64,000 nucleotides of DNA from Lama glama (taxonomy: Eukaryota): assembly GCA_028534125.1 (NCBI GenBank), contig CM052818.1, forward strand, positions 14,882,001-14,946,000. The letters run 5' to 3'. Within the stretch, counting starts at the first letter, position 1. The number at the start of each line of letters is the position of its first letter. Position numbers and translations under genes: made by a program. This document shows, in pieces, positions 40,501 to 55,500 of the stretch. The notes beneath the pieces were generated by a model. It did no database searches. It was not told the DNA's origin and saw only the letters and a list, made by a program, of their open reading frames with translations.

Positions 40501-43500
40501 CACTGTAACTACCTAATGAAATATATACATCGATTCTGAAAAACTACCCAAATATTAGGAGATAATTATTGTGAAGACCCCTGGATCGTCACTTTTAGCT
40601 CTGGGGGTGGAAAACACCATCTTAAAATGAAAGCTATCTTAATATCGTATCTTCTTGCAACATGTATTCACTCTCTTTTTTAGTATACATATTCCACTCA
40701 TTAAACCTTAAATTCAAGTTCAACACATGTATCTCTTCATAGCTTTTTGATCAAATTTATACAAATTTGACATTAGGATATTAGTAAACTGTTTTTAGAT
40801 TTTTAGAAGCTAAGCATGACAGTGCTTCAATGATAACACTCAAGCAAGAGCCTTCCTAACTTTTTTTTTGCCCTATGACTAAGCTTATTAATTTTTTTCT
40901 AATATTTCCATATACATAATAAGCTTTGACAGCTAGCTCATGTACACTTGGAGGGCTGTACAGGTAGACCACTCCTAACTGATGGACTTCCTTTTGAATG
41001 CCCACACAGAAGCAGTTGAGTTGCTCAGTGTACCTAGCACTGTTTTTGGTTTTCTCTCTGCCCCTCATGTTCTTTTCCCGGTGTCTCTGTTTACCCTTCC
41101 ACTCTGACTGACTTCTCGCTAGCCCTTTATAGTCTGGTGATGAGAAGTATGTATAAGGAGGGTGAATTTGGCCAGAATTTGAATTTATATTACATTATTT
41201 GATATCTTAGTGTATATTAAAACAGTACCTCACCTGAATGTTTTTTTTTTTAAAGGAACTATGAAAATTTGGTAAATGCTTTGCTAGATGGTGTGGAGCA
41301 GAGAAATTTGTAAGTGCAAGAAAATTTTATGTTAATTCTCAAAGGTTTTCAATATTATAAGAGGCCTCTACTCTGAAGGCCTTGAATGACTGTCACAAAA
41401 AACTAGTCTGATTCATGAATTCAGAAAAACTAAAGAGGGAAAGTTTGAGGCTAATGATAGTAGCGGTATTTTTCAATATACCTATTTTGATTCTTGGGAA
41501 AATTATAATGTTCCAAATACATTTTTAAAAAAAATGGTTTTATGAGTGTTGTGATTTTCTTCCTCCTCTTTTCTTTTCAGGCCCTGGAAATTTGAACACA
41601 TAGGCATTGGGCTTCTGTCTCTACTCTTGAGAGATGACCGAGTGTTACCTCTTCGTGCCATACGTTTTTTTGTTGAGAATCTCAACCATGATGCAATTGT
41701 AGTTCGAAAGGTGAATACTTTATTTTAGCTATACTCTTAGGTTTGAGACTTTGTTACCTCATCTAATACCTTGAAGTGTGTTGATTTGAAATCTACCTCC
41801 ATTGGTTCTGAGATGATAATAATTCATCCAACAAATGTATGAGGACATGTTCAAGCGCTGTGCATTCCAACACTGGGGATATAACAGGGAACACATTTAT
41901 AGGTTAATGGGAAAGACTGACTTTGAAAAATTAAATTTGAAGGCATGAAGTGTTACTTGCAAGGTATTAGAGGTGGGTGCAAGGAGGGGTTGACCTGGCC
42001 TCATGCAGTGGAAGAAAGACCCTTAAGAAGAAATGTTTAGGCTGAGAAATGAAGAATGCACAGATGGTGTTTTAATAAAGAAAGGATCAAAGTTTTTTAG
42101 GCAGAAACCAGCATGGATGGTTCAAGAGTAAGAACCACACATGACTAAGTCCAAGTCAGAGCTGGTGCTCATGTGGCTGTGCCAACAGATTTCAGTGCAG
42201 AAGGTATTTCTTTGCATTTGAAAGAAACAAAACCCAGCTTTTGCTTCTGCCTTCAGATAAGGGCTGGCAACCAACCATTTAAGAGATTTAAAAATTTGAT
42301 GCAGATACCTTACCTGTTTCTTTTCTAGATGGCGATCTCAGCTGTTGCTGGTATTCTTAAGCAGCTAAAAAGAACCCACAAAAAGCTGACCATCAACCCC
42401 TATGATATCAGTAAGTGCTACCAAGTTAATAAATAATGCTTCTCAAACTCAGAAAGTTTCTTTGAAATGTATAAATTACAGTTCTTGATCCCAAGTATTT
42501 TTCTATACAAAGTGTAGAAGTATAGAAAGATTTTAATACAAATTATGAATTAATATTATAAAGAGAAAACAGTTGACTTAGTAAAAACTAGTCTTTAACA
42601 AGTATTTATGAAAGTAGACTGACCTTTTTGTCTTCATAATACAGAGTACATGTACCTTTCACACACCCTGGGCACACATGTCATCTACTTATTTTTTACT
42701 CCCCAACTAAGCAGTTATACTAGTTTTTCATCAAATTATTTCAGTGACTTAAAATGCCATTACCATGAATTCATCAGTATGTCGAGTCTTTCTTTCTGGG
42801 TGGTAGGATTAGGGGCAAGGTTAGTTTTCTTTTTTATACCTTACTGTATTGTCAGACTCTTGGAATCTCATATAATCAGAAAAAATTAATAAAATAATTT
42901 GATTCTGGAGGGGGAAAAGTGTCATTTTTATTCCTTTAGCTATCAAACCTTTTTATCTCTGATAACTTCTGTGATATTCAAATAGCTGTCTTCAATTCTC
43001 CCTCACCCCACCTTTGGTAGGGGAATATAGCTATACACCACTTTATTTTAGAACACTATAAAATGGTGTTAACTAAATGTGGGAAGGACTTTCACTATAC
43101 TCCCTGCTACTGATCTTGTTTTATCCTCACTTGAAACACATGTTTGTAGGTCCCACGTTAAATTAATATTTAATGGTTCCAAAAAACAAGTGTGTGTATG
43201 AGCATGTGTGGATGGGGACAGAGAGAGAATGTCACATAGTGTGTACACATAGTAAAATGTTAAGATTTGAGGCATCAGGGTGAAGAATATGTGGGAATTC
43301 TTTAATTTTTATTAAAATATTTTAATAAAATTAATTTTTTTTATTTTTGGTAAAAGGAATAAAGTGTGGATCAGACTTGATTTTCTCCCCTCAAATAACT
43401 ATCCCATCACCATTTAGTGGATAATCCCTTCTTTTCCCCTCTGATTTGAAATGCCTCATGTATCTGTGGTCTTGTCTTCAGCAAATTATTTAATAGAGTC

Positions 43501-46500
43501 TTGTTATGAAGAAAAAGTCACACCAGCACTATTGATTGAAAGTTGAGAATAATCATTGCTAGTTATTTTGAAGTTCATCAAATGTAATTGTCTTTTCCTT
43601 AGGTGGATATCCTAAACCCACCCAGATCCTTGCTGGTGATAGGCCTGATAATCATTGGTTGCATTATGATAGCAGTAGCATACCAAGAACTAAAAAAGAA
43701 TGGGAGTCAAGTTGCTTTGTGGAAAAAACTCACTGGGGATACTATACCTGGCCACAGTAAGTTGCAGTTTGCTTTGCACCTTATTATTAAACAGCTTATC
43801 TTTGATATAATTTGTTTTATCATCTAAATTTTTGGGGAGCTTCAGAAGCAGTTGAATTGGTTAGAGATACTCTCTCACCAAAAATCCTCAATCTCTAGCT
43901 TTTTTCCTCTTCCCTCTTCCTCTTTTTGTTTTGCTCCTGCCATCTTTAAGGCGGAAGGCTGTGATGTACTTGTAATCCCAAACTTAATGTCTAATTAGAA
44001 TTCATTAAAAGTGCTTTCTAATGCTTTCTATCAATGAAGCTCTAATACTTTTTCCTGTGTGTATTACAAATATAATCTCTTGCTTTATAGGAATATGGTT
44101 GTTTACGCTGGTGTGGAAGAGCAACCTAAGCTTGGCAGAAGCAGGGAAGATTTGACAGAGGTAAGCATTTTTCATTTCACTACATATAGACACTTACCTG
44201 GTTCAAATGCATCTTCCTTTTGGCTACTGATTTATTTGGAACTCAGTTCATGTTTCTCCCCCCAATTTGTGTATTGCAGTATGTAGCACAGTAAATGTTG
44301 ATGCATGTGTACTGCCTTACTCCCCTCCTTAACCCTCCTCCCTTCTGTTAGGACCAGTTGGCACAATCTTTGTATCTAAGGTTACTCTCAGGTTACTACC
44401 TACTTAGCGCTCACTTGGGTACTGGCTTTTAGTTTTTTTTAATTGCCTATAAATGATGAATACTCAATAGATGTTTGTAGATTTAAGTCGAAACTTCTTA
44501 GTCTTTTTTTATCATCTTGAAAGTTGATGAAGGGCTTTTAAGCTTATGTCTTCCTCAATCAAGTTAATGTTGTTATAGCTTTCATTTTCTAATTCTGAAC
44601 AAAGTTTATCTTTTAGCTTCTGATGTTTTACAAGTAGAGAAATAATTTGCTGGGGTTTCATTTGCAGTTTGGAGGATTTTCCTAAATTGCTCAGAAATTG
44701 GCACAAAAGCATTAAGTAAGTCTTCATTTCTCAAGCAGAACCTTTTTGGTTTTATTTATTTCACAGTTTGAGAAATGGAATCTGAACTCAAAGAGCTAAA
44801 GGAAAACTTTTAGCTATTCTTACAGAAATAGCATTTTCAAGAGGCAGTATTATTTTGGTTCCAGAAAGCCTCTACGAAAACTAAAAATTCTTTTGAACAA
44901 AAACAACAATCTGCTGTTGAATATCAAAACTTTACAGTTGAATTTTAATGTTTTCAGAATCATGTTTTTAAGTAGATTTTAATCCCTGAATGGTCTTCTT
45001 TTTTTTTTAACTTTATAGGCAGAACAGATTATATTTGATCATTTTTCTGATCCGAAATTTGTTGAACAGTTAATTACTTTTCTGTCTTTAGAAGACAGAA
45101 AAGGGAAAGATAAATTTAATCCTCGACGGTTTTGCCTCTTTAAGGTAACTATTATATATCTTCTTCATAAACGTAGTGACTGTCAATTTCCAGGTTCATA
45201 AGTTTTAAAGTATTTGATTAAAGTTGAGTTTAGTTATCTGTTATCTTCATCTAAAATGGCTCTGAAAGTAATACCAATCATATTTATCTTGGCTTAAGGT
45301 CTAGGACTCACAAAAAAAAAAAGCAAGCTTTTTAGTATTTATCTTTAATATTTGTAATTAGCAGTAGAAGCAAAAAGCCAAAATCCACAAGACTATATGC
45401 ATTTGATGTTTATTTGGTATTTTTGAGGTGTGTGTGATACTTTTAAGGTCAGAAAGATTTTAAATTTGTATTTCACTGATTATATTTAAAGTGACATGTT
45501 ACATAACAGTATTTTTACCATTTTAACTTATAGACATTGTTAAAGCAGTTCTAAAGGGGGAGAATATGGAGCTTTTAAGCACAATAGTAAGGTAGTAAAC
45601 AAATACAAGCATGTTGTAAAGGATATGCTAGTCATTTGAGTACTGAAGAACTTTCTGTTGTTGTTGTTTGTTTGTTTAGGGTATATTCAGAAATTTTGAT
45701 GATGCCTTTCTACCAGTTCTGAAGCCCCATTTAGAACGTTTGGTTGCAGATTCACATGAAAGCACCCAGCGATGTGTTGCAGAAATTATAGCTGGTTTAA
45801 TCAGAGGCTCTAAGCATTGGACATTTGAAAAGGTGAGGCATTTGTGCACATTCCCTCTTAGAGCTGCATTATCCATTTATGTAGCAATTCCCAATGCATT
45901 AGATATTAGCACCTAGAATATGAAATGTTCACTTCCATGTTGCTTTTGAGTATAGGTCACAAAATAGTGGTCTGTGGGTGGCGTTGAATGTCTTTTAAAA
46001 TTTTTATTATTTTCCATCCAAATATATCATGTAAAGAGTATTTCAGTTTCTCTTGAAAAACAGAAAGATCCTGGAACACTGGTACCACATCGCTGCACTG
46101 TATCAGTTGGCTCGTGAAGCTCTGTCTAGCTCCTCATTAAATCTTTTCTCTTAAGCTTCTGTGCTCATCTGCACTACCCATTTGGTAGATAGCTGGGTTT
46201 GACAGCCTTTTTTTGAGTATCCTGCTTTTAATTGTAAGATTAAGTTTTACATACCCACCCTGAGGTTAATTTCTTAGCAAAATGCCCTAGATTAAAAATA
46301 ACCTGGAAAATGTAAGGAAGGCCTGAATGGTAGACTACCATTTCTTCAAAGAAAGGACACAGATATTGTTTCTGGCAAACTTAGTTGCACATACTTTTAG
46401 GAGGACTGTGAACACTTTTTAATATATTAACGTAGTTATACATATTCGAATCACTTATTAAATAAAAGTTTTTGTTAGTTTGTAGTACTGCCTTTTTCCT

Positions 46501-49500
46501 GCTCACATATAAGGAACAGTTTTATTTAAACATGTCATACATATCATTGTCATCCTGTCTCTGTCATTTTTGAGTTAGCCCTTTTCCAGAACACATCCCC
46601 TTTCCTTATTAGTTGTTGATGACATACCTTTTTTTTTTTTCCTTCTTTTTAATCAATGCCTAGTGCTACCATTGGAAGTTTTATCCCAAGCCCTCCCTCC
46701 CCATTTGTCCTGTCTAGGTCCTTTTGACTAAAGTACAGTCCCTGGACCTACAGTATGGGCATCACTTGGGAGCTTGCTAGGCAGGTAGGATCGCAGGTCC
46801 TGCCCCGAGCTAAGGAGTCAGAATCTTCATTTTTATCAAAATCTCAAGGTGATTTGTATTCTCATTAAACTGTGAGAAGCATCTGTACACATAATCTCAC
46901 AACCTCTATACAACTGAACATTTTTTAAAGGCTATTTATAGTCATCTAAAACTTGGAATTTGAAGATTATACTTCAGGCTACTCCTGGATTGTACTGAAA
47001 TAGCATTGTTTTCTATATTAGGATTCAGTCAAGTGACCTTCATGAGCATGCAAAATAGAGGTGACTGAGGTTTTGTTTCAGCCCAGTGTACTGTGTTATT
47101 CAAAAATTTAAAAAGAACTTTTCAACAGTATGAGAGATTTTGTAAGGAACCATATAAAGTGTCTCCTCTTTTCTGAAAATTTTTTTTGGAAAATAAAATT
47201 CACCTTATACCTGGGTATGTATGATGGTAATACAGTGAAGTTACTTTCTGAAGATTATTTGGGTATTCTAAAAATAATTTGAATGAAGTAACAATTTGTG
47301 TGTTTGTATATGTGTGTTTGCAGGAAAGGATTGTTGAAGAAAAATGTTCTGAGTATCATTAATGTTTTCCCACGTATTTTATTTTGAGTAGGTGGAGAAG
47401 CTTTGGGAACTTCTGTGTCCTCTGCTTAGGACGGCGTTGTCCAACATTACAGTAGAAACGTACAATGACTGGGGAACTTGTATAGCAACGTCCTGTGTGA
47501 GTTCTCCTGCTCCCTTTTGAGTCTAACTGACCTGGTCAAACTCGTTCATACCCCATCTCAAAATGTGTAAAATCTCATTATACTTCTTGAATCTTAAAAT
47601 TTTATCATCTTACATAATTGGCTATGGTTATGTATAACCTTTCAAGTAAGCCTTAAGTGATAACTCTTAAGTGATTATTGTACCTTCTCTGCCGTGGTAA
47701 TGCATTTTTAGATTAAGTGACAAGTCAGATCATATGTCTGGAAATGTAACTTACATATAGATGTAACAGAAGATACAAAGCTATGGGTGTTATTTTTGAC
47801 ACCAAATATGTCCAGAGCAGTTATACTTTGATTTAAAGACAGTCCATTTACCTAACAACAGTTTTGTCACTGTTAGTCTTTCTGACATAAGCTATGATGA
47901 AACATTTGGATTTAACTCACCTATGGGTTTTAGTTTGATTTTCTGTCATTGCAGTTAGATTTAATTGCAGAATTGTGGGACCCCTGTTTTAATTGTTACT
48001 TTATATTTTCAACACAGGAAAGCAGAGATCCCCGGAAACTTCACTGGCTTTTTGAATTGCTGTTGGAATCCCCTCTGAGTGGTGAAGGAGGATCCTTTGT
48101 AGATGCATGGTAAATAAGAAGGAGACTTACAAGGTTCACAAAAGATTTTCCAACAGAAGATAACATCTTTGTTCTTGATGTATGAGTGGAAGTGAACTGT
48201 CTACAGTCCTATAGGCTAGATAATGTAACTAGTTTCTTTTGGGAGATAACGTGATCCAATTCAATACAACATATGATCCTAAGTAGAGATTACTCAGTTG
48301 AGAACAAGTAGGAGAAATAGAGGCAGCCTAAGCAACTCAGATATAAAGCAGAGCCAGCCTTCTCTGCTGCCACATCTTTGGTATCAGGACTGCATTTTTG
48401 TACCATGACTGTATTAATAACTTTTTTTCACATGCTCTTCTTTTCATTCTTTCCTACTAGGAAAGAAGATAGTAATCCTTTTAAGGAAAAATATACTTGA
48501 TAGGGCATAAGGAGCTGGAAAAAAATTACTGGACAAGAGCAAGAAATCTAGATAATCCTGTTAATGAGAAGAATAATTTATTATTATTAATATTAATATT
48601 AACTTGTGAGGAAACTTCCCATGCTTAGAGATTAACTCAATGAATATTCTAAAGTCAGCATTTCTTTTGATTATATAGTAATGGAGATGAAATGAGAACA
48701 TGGAGAAAAGTGATTTAGCAAAAATAATGCTATCTTCATAATGATGCTGTTTTAAATTGTTGATTTGAAAATGAAACAATTTTCAGTGGAACACAGGGAT
48801 TAATCTCTCCTGTCAATATGTAAAAGCAGAGAAGGGCTCTCACCCAACTCTCCTGTGCTTTAATTTTAGTCGACTCTATGTTCTGCAAGGTGGCCTTGCC
48901 CAGCAAGAGTGGAGAGTGCCTGAGCTGTTGCACAGACTACTGAAGTACTTGGAACCCAAACTCACCCAGGTTTACAAAAATGTCAGGGAAAGAATAGGGA
49001 GGTGGGTATTGTTTTCTCTGTTGTATGGTATACCTCTTGAGTTATTTTTATTAACTTTAACGTCTCATAGTACATGCTGGTTATGTTACTGTTAAGTTTC
49101 ACGATGTCCTCTTCTTCGAGTTTTGTTTTATATTGTGTTACGGGACATTAAACAAGAGGCTCTGAATGTGAGGTAGGATGGCAGTGCGCTCACAAGCCAG
49201 TGGTGAGCAGTTGCCACACTCAGAATTGTAGGCCCAGGCTCCAGACCCTCTCCAGGAATTGTCTTGGGAACTTTTACCTTAGTTGGGTTATACTTTTGAA
49301 CCTTTAGTTTTATTGATAGTGTGGAATCCCTTCTTACTATATGTATTTTATTTTACAGTGTGCTGACCTATATATTCATGATAGATGTTTCTTTGCCAAA
49401 CACTGCACCAACAGCATCCCCTCGTGTCCCTGAGTTTACTGCTAGAATTCTAGAGAAATTGAAACCCCTCATGGATGTGGATGAAGAAATTCAGAACCAT

Positions 49501-52500
49501 GTTATGGAAGAAAATGGAATTGGTGAAGAAGATGAACGAACCCAGGGCATTAAACTCTTAAAAACTAGTGAGTGGCTAAAATTAGTAGAAACTCCCTATA
49601 AAAACAGATGTTTTAGATTATCCTATTGACTTTTCTCTCCCTTTTTAAAAATTATGGTAAAATGTACATAATATAAAATTTACAGTTGAGTGGCATAAAA
49701 TACATTCACATTGTTGTGCAACCGTTTTTTTCATCCATCTTTAGTATTCTTTTCATCTTGCAAATAGTAACTCCTTATTCTCCTGTCCCCCAACCCCTGG
49801 CAACCACCATTTTACTTTCTATCTCTATAAATTTGCCTATTCTAGGTACTCCATACAAGTATAATTATACATTTGTCCTTTTATGTTTGGCTTTTTCCCT
49901 TGGTGTACTGTTTTCAGTATTCATCCATTCGTCTGTTGATGGACATTTAGGTCGTTTGCACCTCTTGATTATTGTGAATAATACTGCTGTGAGCATTAAT
50001 GAAGAAGTATGTCTGAATCTGTGCTTTCAGTTCTTTTGGGAATCGAAAGCAGAATTGCTAGACCATATGGTAATTCTATGTTTAATTTTTTGAGGAGCCA
50101 CCAAGCTGTTTTCCATAGTGGCCCACACCATTTTATGTTCCAACCAGCATTGCAAAGGGGTTCCAACTTTTCCACACCCTTACTAACATTTGTTTTTTGT
50201 GTTTATGACTATAGCTATCCTAGTAGATAAGAAGAAGGTATCTCATGGTTTAGATTTGCATTTCCCTAAGGATTAATGGTTGAACATCTTTTCATTTGCT
50301 TATTTTCCATTTTTGTTTCTTCTTTGGAGAAATGTCTATTCAAGTTCTTTGCCCATCTTTGAATTAGGTTGTCATTGTTGAGTTGTAGTTCTTCTTATAT
50401 TCTGGATATCAATCCCTTATCTTTGTTTTGTTTGCTTTTGATTGCCAAATGCAGTGTCACAAAGTTTTTCTCATAAGTTTTCTTCTATGAGTTTCACGGT
50501 TTTAGGTCCTACATTTTGGTTTTGGTCTTCAGCCCTCTTTGAGTTAATTTTTGTACATGGTATGAGATCAGGGTCCAGCTTTATTCTTTTGCTCATGATA
50601 CGCAGTTTCCCAGCACCATTTATTGAAAAGACTCATTTTTCCATTGAATAGTCTTGGCACTCTTGTTGAAAATTAATTAGCCATGTGTGAGGGCTTATTT
50701 CTGGGCTCTCTGGCCTATTCAGTTCAGTTCAGTGTGTCTGTCTGTCCTAATGTCAGTACCACACTGTTTTGATTACTATAGTAGAAGCATGAGTCCTCTA
50801 ACTTTGTTCTTTTTCAAAATTGTCTTGGTTATTGGGAGTTTCCCATTGTTTTTATATCTAAAAATTTTTTTTTCAAGAATTCTGTATGTAAACAACTAAC
50901 TTAGTCATCTGTTTTGCTTGCTAAGATTTTCAAAGTCTAGATTTAATTTGTACTTGGTGTGGGTGTTTATAAACTGTTAATAATTTGCTGACTCATTCTT
51001 TGAAAGTGGCTTCAGTCCCCTAGATTGGTTGATACCCTTTGTTATGGGTCCTGTCACACTGCTGATCAAATCTATGAAGTAACACAAAAGATCTCTTTCT
51101 TTACATTGAAGAGATAATCAGAGTGGCTGTCTGACACTAGCATTGTAGAATTATTTTACTTTGTAGTGTCTAACTGGATAGCAAAGACTGGCTCTTTGTG
51201 TTTGTTTCCATTTAGTATTGAAATGGCTGATGGCAAGTGCAGGAAGATCCTTCTCTACAGCAGTCACAGAACAACTGCAGCTTCTACCTTTGTTTTTTAA
51301 GGTGAGTTTATGGCTGAAATTAAGAATGTCTCCAATATGAAAAGGAATATATGTATGTATATATATGACTGAAACGTTATGCTGCACACCAGAAATTGAC
51401 ACAACATTGTAAACCGACTATACTTCAATTTTTTAAAAAAGAGGAAAAAAAGAATACATTCCCTTTTGACCTTCAAAAGGAATTTATAATTACCATCAGA
51501 TGGTTGTTAGGTTTTCAGGCGGTGTATGATTTGGTTCGGTCTCTAAGAATTAGAATAGTCACAGGAAAGTTATTAGGTAATAGTGGCTTAATATTTGATG
51601 ACATAATCTTTTTAATATTAGATAAGAATAGGATCTTAGTTAAGTAAAAAATTTACAGATTAAACATTGTTTCAATAATGACCAGTTTCCAAGCGATAGT
51701 TGAGGAAAATACTGATAGCTTAAGGAAAAAAGCCTCAGAGACATTTTTGAATATAAATCTGAGGGTCAAAATGCTCAGGATACTTTATTTTACAGTGTTA
51801 AATGGCACTATAACTGGTTCTAACAAATATCTGTAGGAAGTAACTTGTCTCTGGTAATCATACCATGACACTGAAATTTTATTTGATAAAAGGTATAATC
51901 TGAGGCAGTTTTAATTACTCGTCTAGTCAGAGGATGAAGTTAATGAACTAAGGTTGATGTATTAGTTTCAGAGATGACCGTTTGTAGTCATGTTGTGGTT
52001 TGTTGTGGTTAGGAAAACAGTCCAGTCTTACTGGGAGGTGGGAAGGCTTGGCACAGTCACCACTGCTGCTTGACAATTGTCAGTCGGTATAGTTGTTATC
52101 GTTCAAGCAGGGGGCCTCGTCGCTATTTATTAGCGAATGGTGTGCTCAACTTTTGATCAGCCACGGAATACTTTGTCTTTACAAAGTTTCAGAAAGATAG
52201 CACTACTGGTAATTTTCAAAAGATTCACTGTTAAAATACTTTTTAAATACTGTGTAGGGCCTGATGCCCACGAATACCTTTGGAATCTTTGGGATGTAAA
52301 AGCGGACAGTAGCTGGCAGTGTGTATATAGTCTTTGTTACTTGTGGGTCCTTCGTGTAAATGGGATTTGTCTTTAGGGCAATGTTGCTTAAACTTTTTTC
52401 CACTGCCACATGCAGAGTGGGTATAGAACATGATCTCATATGTTCATAAGTGGGTTATGTGCAATGAACATTGGGATAGCTGGAGTTCCACACCTTTTCT

Positions 52501-55500
52501 TTCATTCCAAAAAAAGTCAGAAATAGTATATGAGAGAGTACTTGAAATTTACAAAAATGTAAACTGTTAGAAAGCTGTACTGCATAATTTGTGAGTGGCA
52601 GGCCTAACATTTCACCTGAATATACAAATATTGAGGTTGAGAATCTCCTTTAGGCCTTTATGGTAAATGGGTCTGGGGTGTGAAGGCATCACAACACAGA
52701 TGAACAAAATTATTGTGTAGATAATCAGATATATATAATGAAGATAAAGAGAGGACCCTACAATTACTAAACTGTAGGAGGAGCACAGAAACAGTTGGAG
52801 ATGAAACCAGAAATTCTGCTTTAGACATGCTTGAGATGTTTGTTACATTCTAAATGAAGTATTATTTATCCCATAAAAAGCAGTTTTATGTCCTCCCTCC
52901 CCCCACCCTCCAAAAAACTCTTGATATATAGATCAAAGTGAAAGTTTCAGTTGTCTCTTCTAGTTTTAAGATTCTTCATATTGCTCAAGATTAAGAGAAG
53001 AGGATTTCTAAACCAAGAATAGTTTACAGAGCACTAGCTTTGGAGAAAGTAGAGACCTAGTTTAAAATCCTGTCTGTGACAGGTGCTTTTTTTAATGGCC
53101 TTGCACAAGCTGCTAAACCTCTAAGATTATCTTCTTATACCTAAAGTGTGGGATATCAGTGGCCCTCAAAGTGGTTATGAGGATGAAATGAGGTAATGCC
53201 TGTAACCTGGAGAGCAGAGGGTAAAAGTAGGCACTTAAATTATTTTTGTTACTAGTCTTTAACTGATTTTCAGTTTAGAATGATCAAGAGCTCAAATGAT
53301 GGTGGTCAGGGAGAGAGAGGGGACATGTTTCCTTCTAGTTTCAAACGTTACTAAATGTCCATCAGAACTCACCAGTGTAGTGTAATAGTTTTGTATACAT
53401 CAAATTAGAGAACAATTTGCAGATGTTGTGATAATTGGTATAAAATCACATGCTCGTGAGGGCATTTCTTCAGAAAAAATTATTCTTAATAATTAGAGGA
53501 AAGGAAGACCCTATAAAATACTTCCTTTGCTAAGTAAATGGGCAGCATTTTCTACAGGTTAACACAGTTTAACATCCATTAAGTCTTGTCTATGATATAC
53601 TAAAAATAATAAACTTGTGTGATAACAAGGCAAAAGATTAGGATCTCTCTCTTTTTTTTTAATACCATTTGTATCAGTTAAGGTATTTTGATTGCAGGCA
53701 TTAGAAACCAAATGACTATGACAAGAAAAGTAGGAAATTAGTTACTTAGAAGTGTCTAGGTAGTTCACAGAATAGGAGTAAAAGCTTAAGAACTAAGTAG
53801 GAACCACACCAACTCTGAAGACCTAGGTAGCTGAAACTAATAGCCATTTCAGGGTACCCTCTCCTTGCATGTTTATCTTTAAGATTCAGCGGGGAGGCTA
53901 TAGCTCAGTGGTAGAGTGCATGTTTAGCAAGCATAAGGTCCTGGGTTCAATCCCCAGTACCTCCATTAAAAAATAAGTAAATAAACCTATTACCTGCCCC
54001 CCCAAATTAACAAAGCTCAATCTTCAAGATTCAGATGCCCAGAAGAAAAAGTCTCATGCTACTCTTTGTCTAGGGAGTATGGTCTCTTGATTGACAGCCT
54101 GACCAGAATAACAGAAAAGAAAGATGATTTTCCAAAGGTTAATCAAAACATCATTATCAGTAGGACTGGATATTCACTAGGAAATGCACATATTTCTGCC
54201 ACAAATGACCATTAAAACATCCTTATTTCAAGTCTTAAGGAAAACCCAAATCGATATAGATCAGTTTGTTCTACATTATGGCCAGAAAGCAAAAGAAAAT
54301 AGTAGGCAATACTGAAGAAGAAAGCCCCTAAACTTTGTGGGCATAGGCTTTTCCCCCCAAACTTTATATTTTGAAGGAGTCACAGGAAGTAGGCAAGGAT
54401 TGTACAAAGAGGTCCCATGTACCCTTCACTCAAATTTCCTCCAATGGTTACATTTTTTTAAACTGTAGGACATTCAAAAAATCATAAAATTGAAACCAGT
54501 ACAATGTGTGTATAATTGTCATTTTATCACACGTGTGGTAAAAACACCACCAAAATCAAGATACAGAAATACTCCATCATCACAAAAATCTCTTTGTGCT
54601 ACCCCTTTGCAGTCACACCTACCTCCCTGTCTCACCATCCCTGACCCCTGACAACCACTAATTTGCTCTCCATCTGTGTAATTGCCCTTTCAAGAATGTC
54701 ATATAAAAGGAGGTGTGTGACCTTTTATAATTGTCTTTTTTCACACACGTGATTCCCTTCAGACTCATCCAAATTGTTGCAGATAGGACTTTTTTTTTTC
54801 TTTTCTATTTTTAAACTCCCCCCTCCCCCCCATAGATGGGAAGGAAGATTATAGCATATGTTTTTTTATGAAAGGGCTAATCCACCCCATTTGGTGCCAG
54901 AAAAATACTCCTAAATTTTAAGATAGTCTGGGTCTTAGCTTTTCTATAACCATACATGATGATTCTTAGAAAATTATCATGTACACATGTGCTCTTTTAA
55001 GTCATTTTTTTTAAAAGTCATGTAATAAATAAAAAGAAAAATAATGCTTTTAGGAAAATATCAGAGTTGAAAATTGAGAAGTGAGTCAAAGTGAGTCAAC
55101 TGAGATTCAGGTAAATTTATCTAAAAAGCAGTTGCTGATAGAGAATTATAGATAGTATTTCTTGTGATTTCTTGAAATGAACTAATGAAAATATTCTTCT
55201 AAACTTAAAGGCTTTACTTTGTAACAGAAAAAGCTTTCATTCCACAAACAGTAGTGTTGCTAATAGATATATTCACTGCAGAATGAATTATCTAAGATTT
55301 TTATCTCACTAGCACATAGAAGTAGTCTGTCCCACATGAGTTGTCTGACATCCATAACTGGCTAATTTGCTGTTAGGGCTTTGGATCATGGTACTCTATA
55401 TAGTGAAGTTTGTCTGTTGGATTTCAGAATTTTGCTGTTTTTAGTGGAACATTTTAACCCATTCTAAACATGAGAATATTATGTCTTAATTTCATTCATA

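Noticed and set aside
47893..47950. C/D box snoRNA (ATGATGA C box)
   Set aside because: No properly placed CTGA D box or terminal stem. The same applies to the ATGATGA hairpin near 54955.
53891..53963. Apparent tRNA-Ala gene
   Set aside because: It continues into a SINE tail with a TSD, has no T-run terminator, and has a diverged paralogue at 60465.
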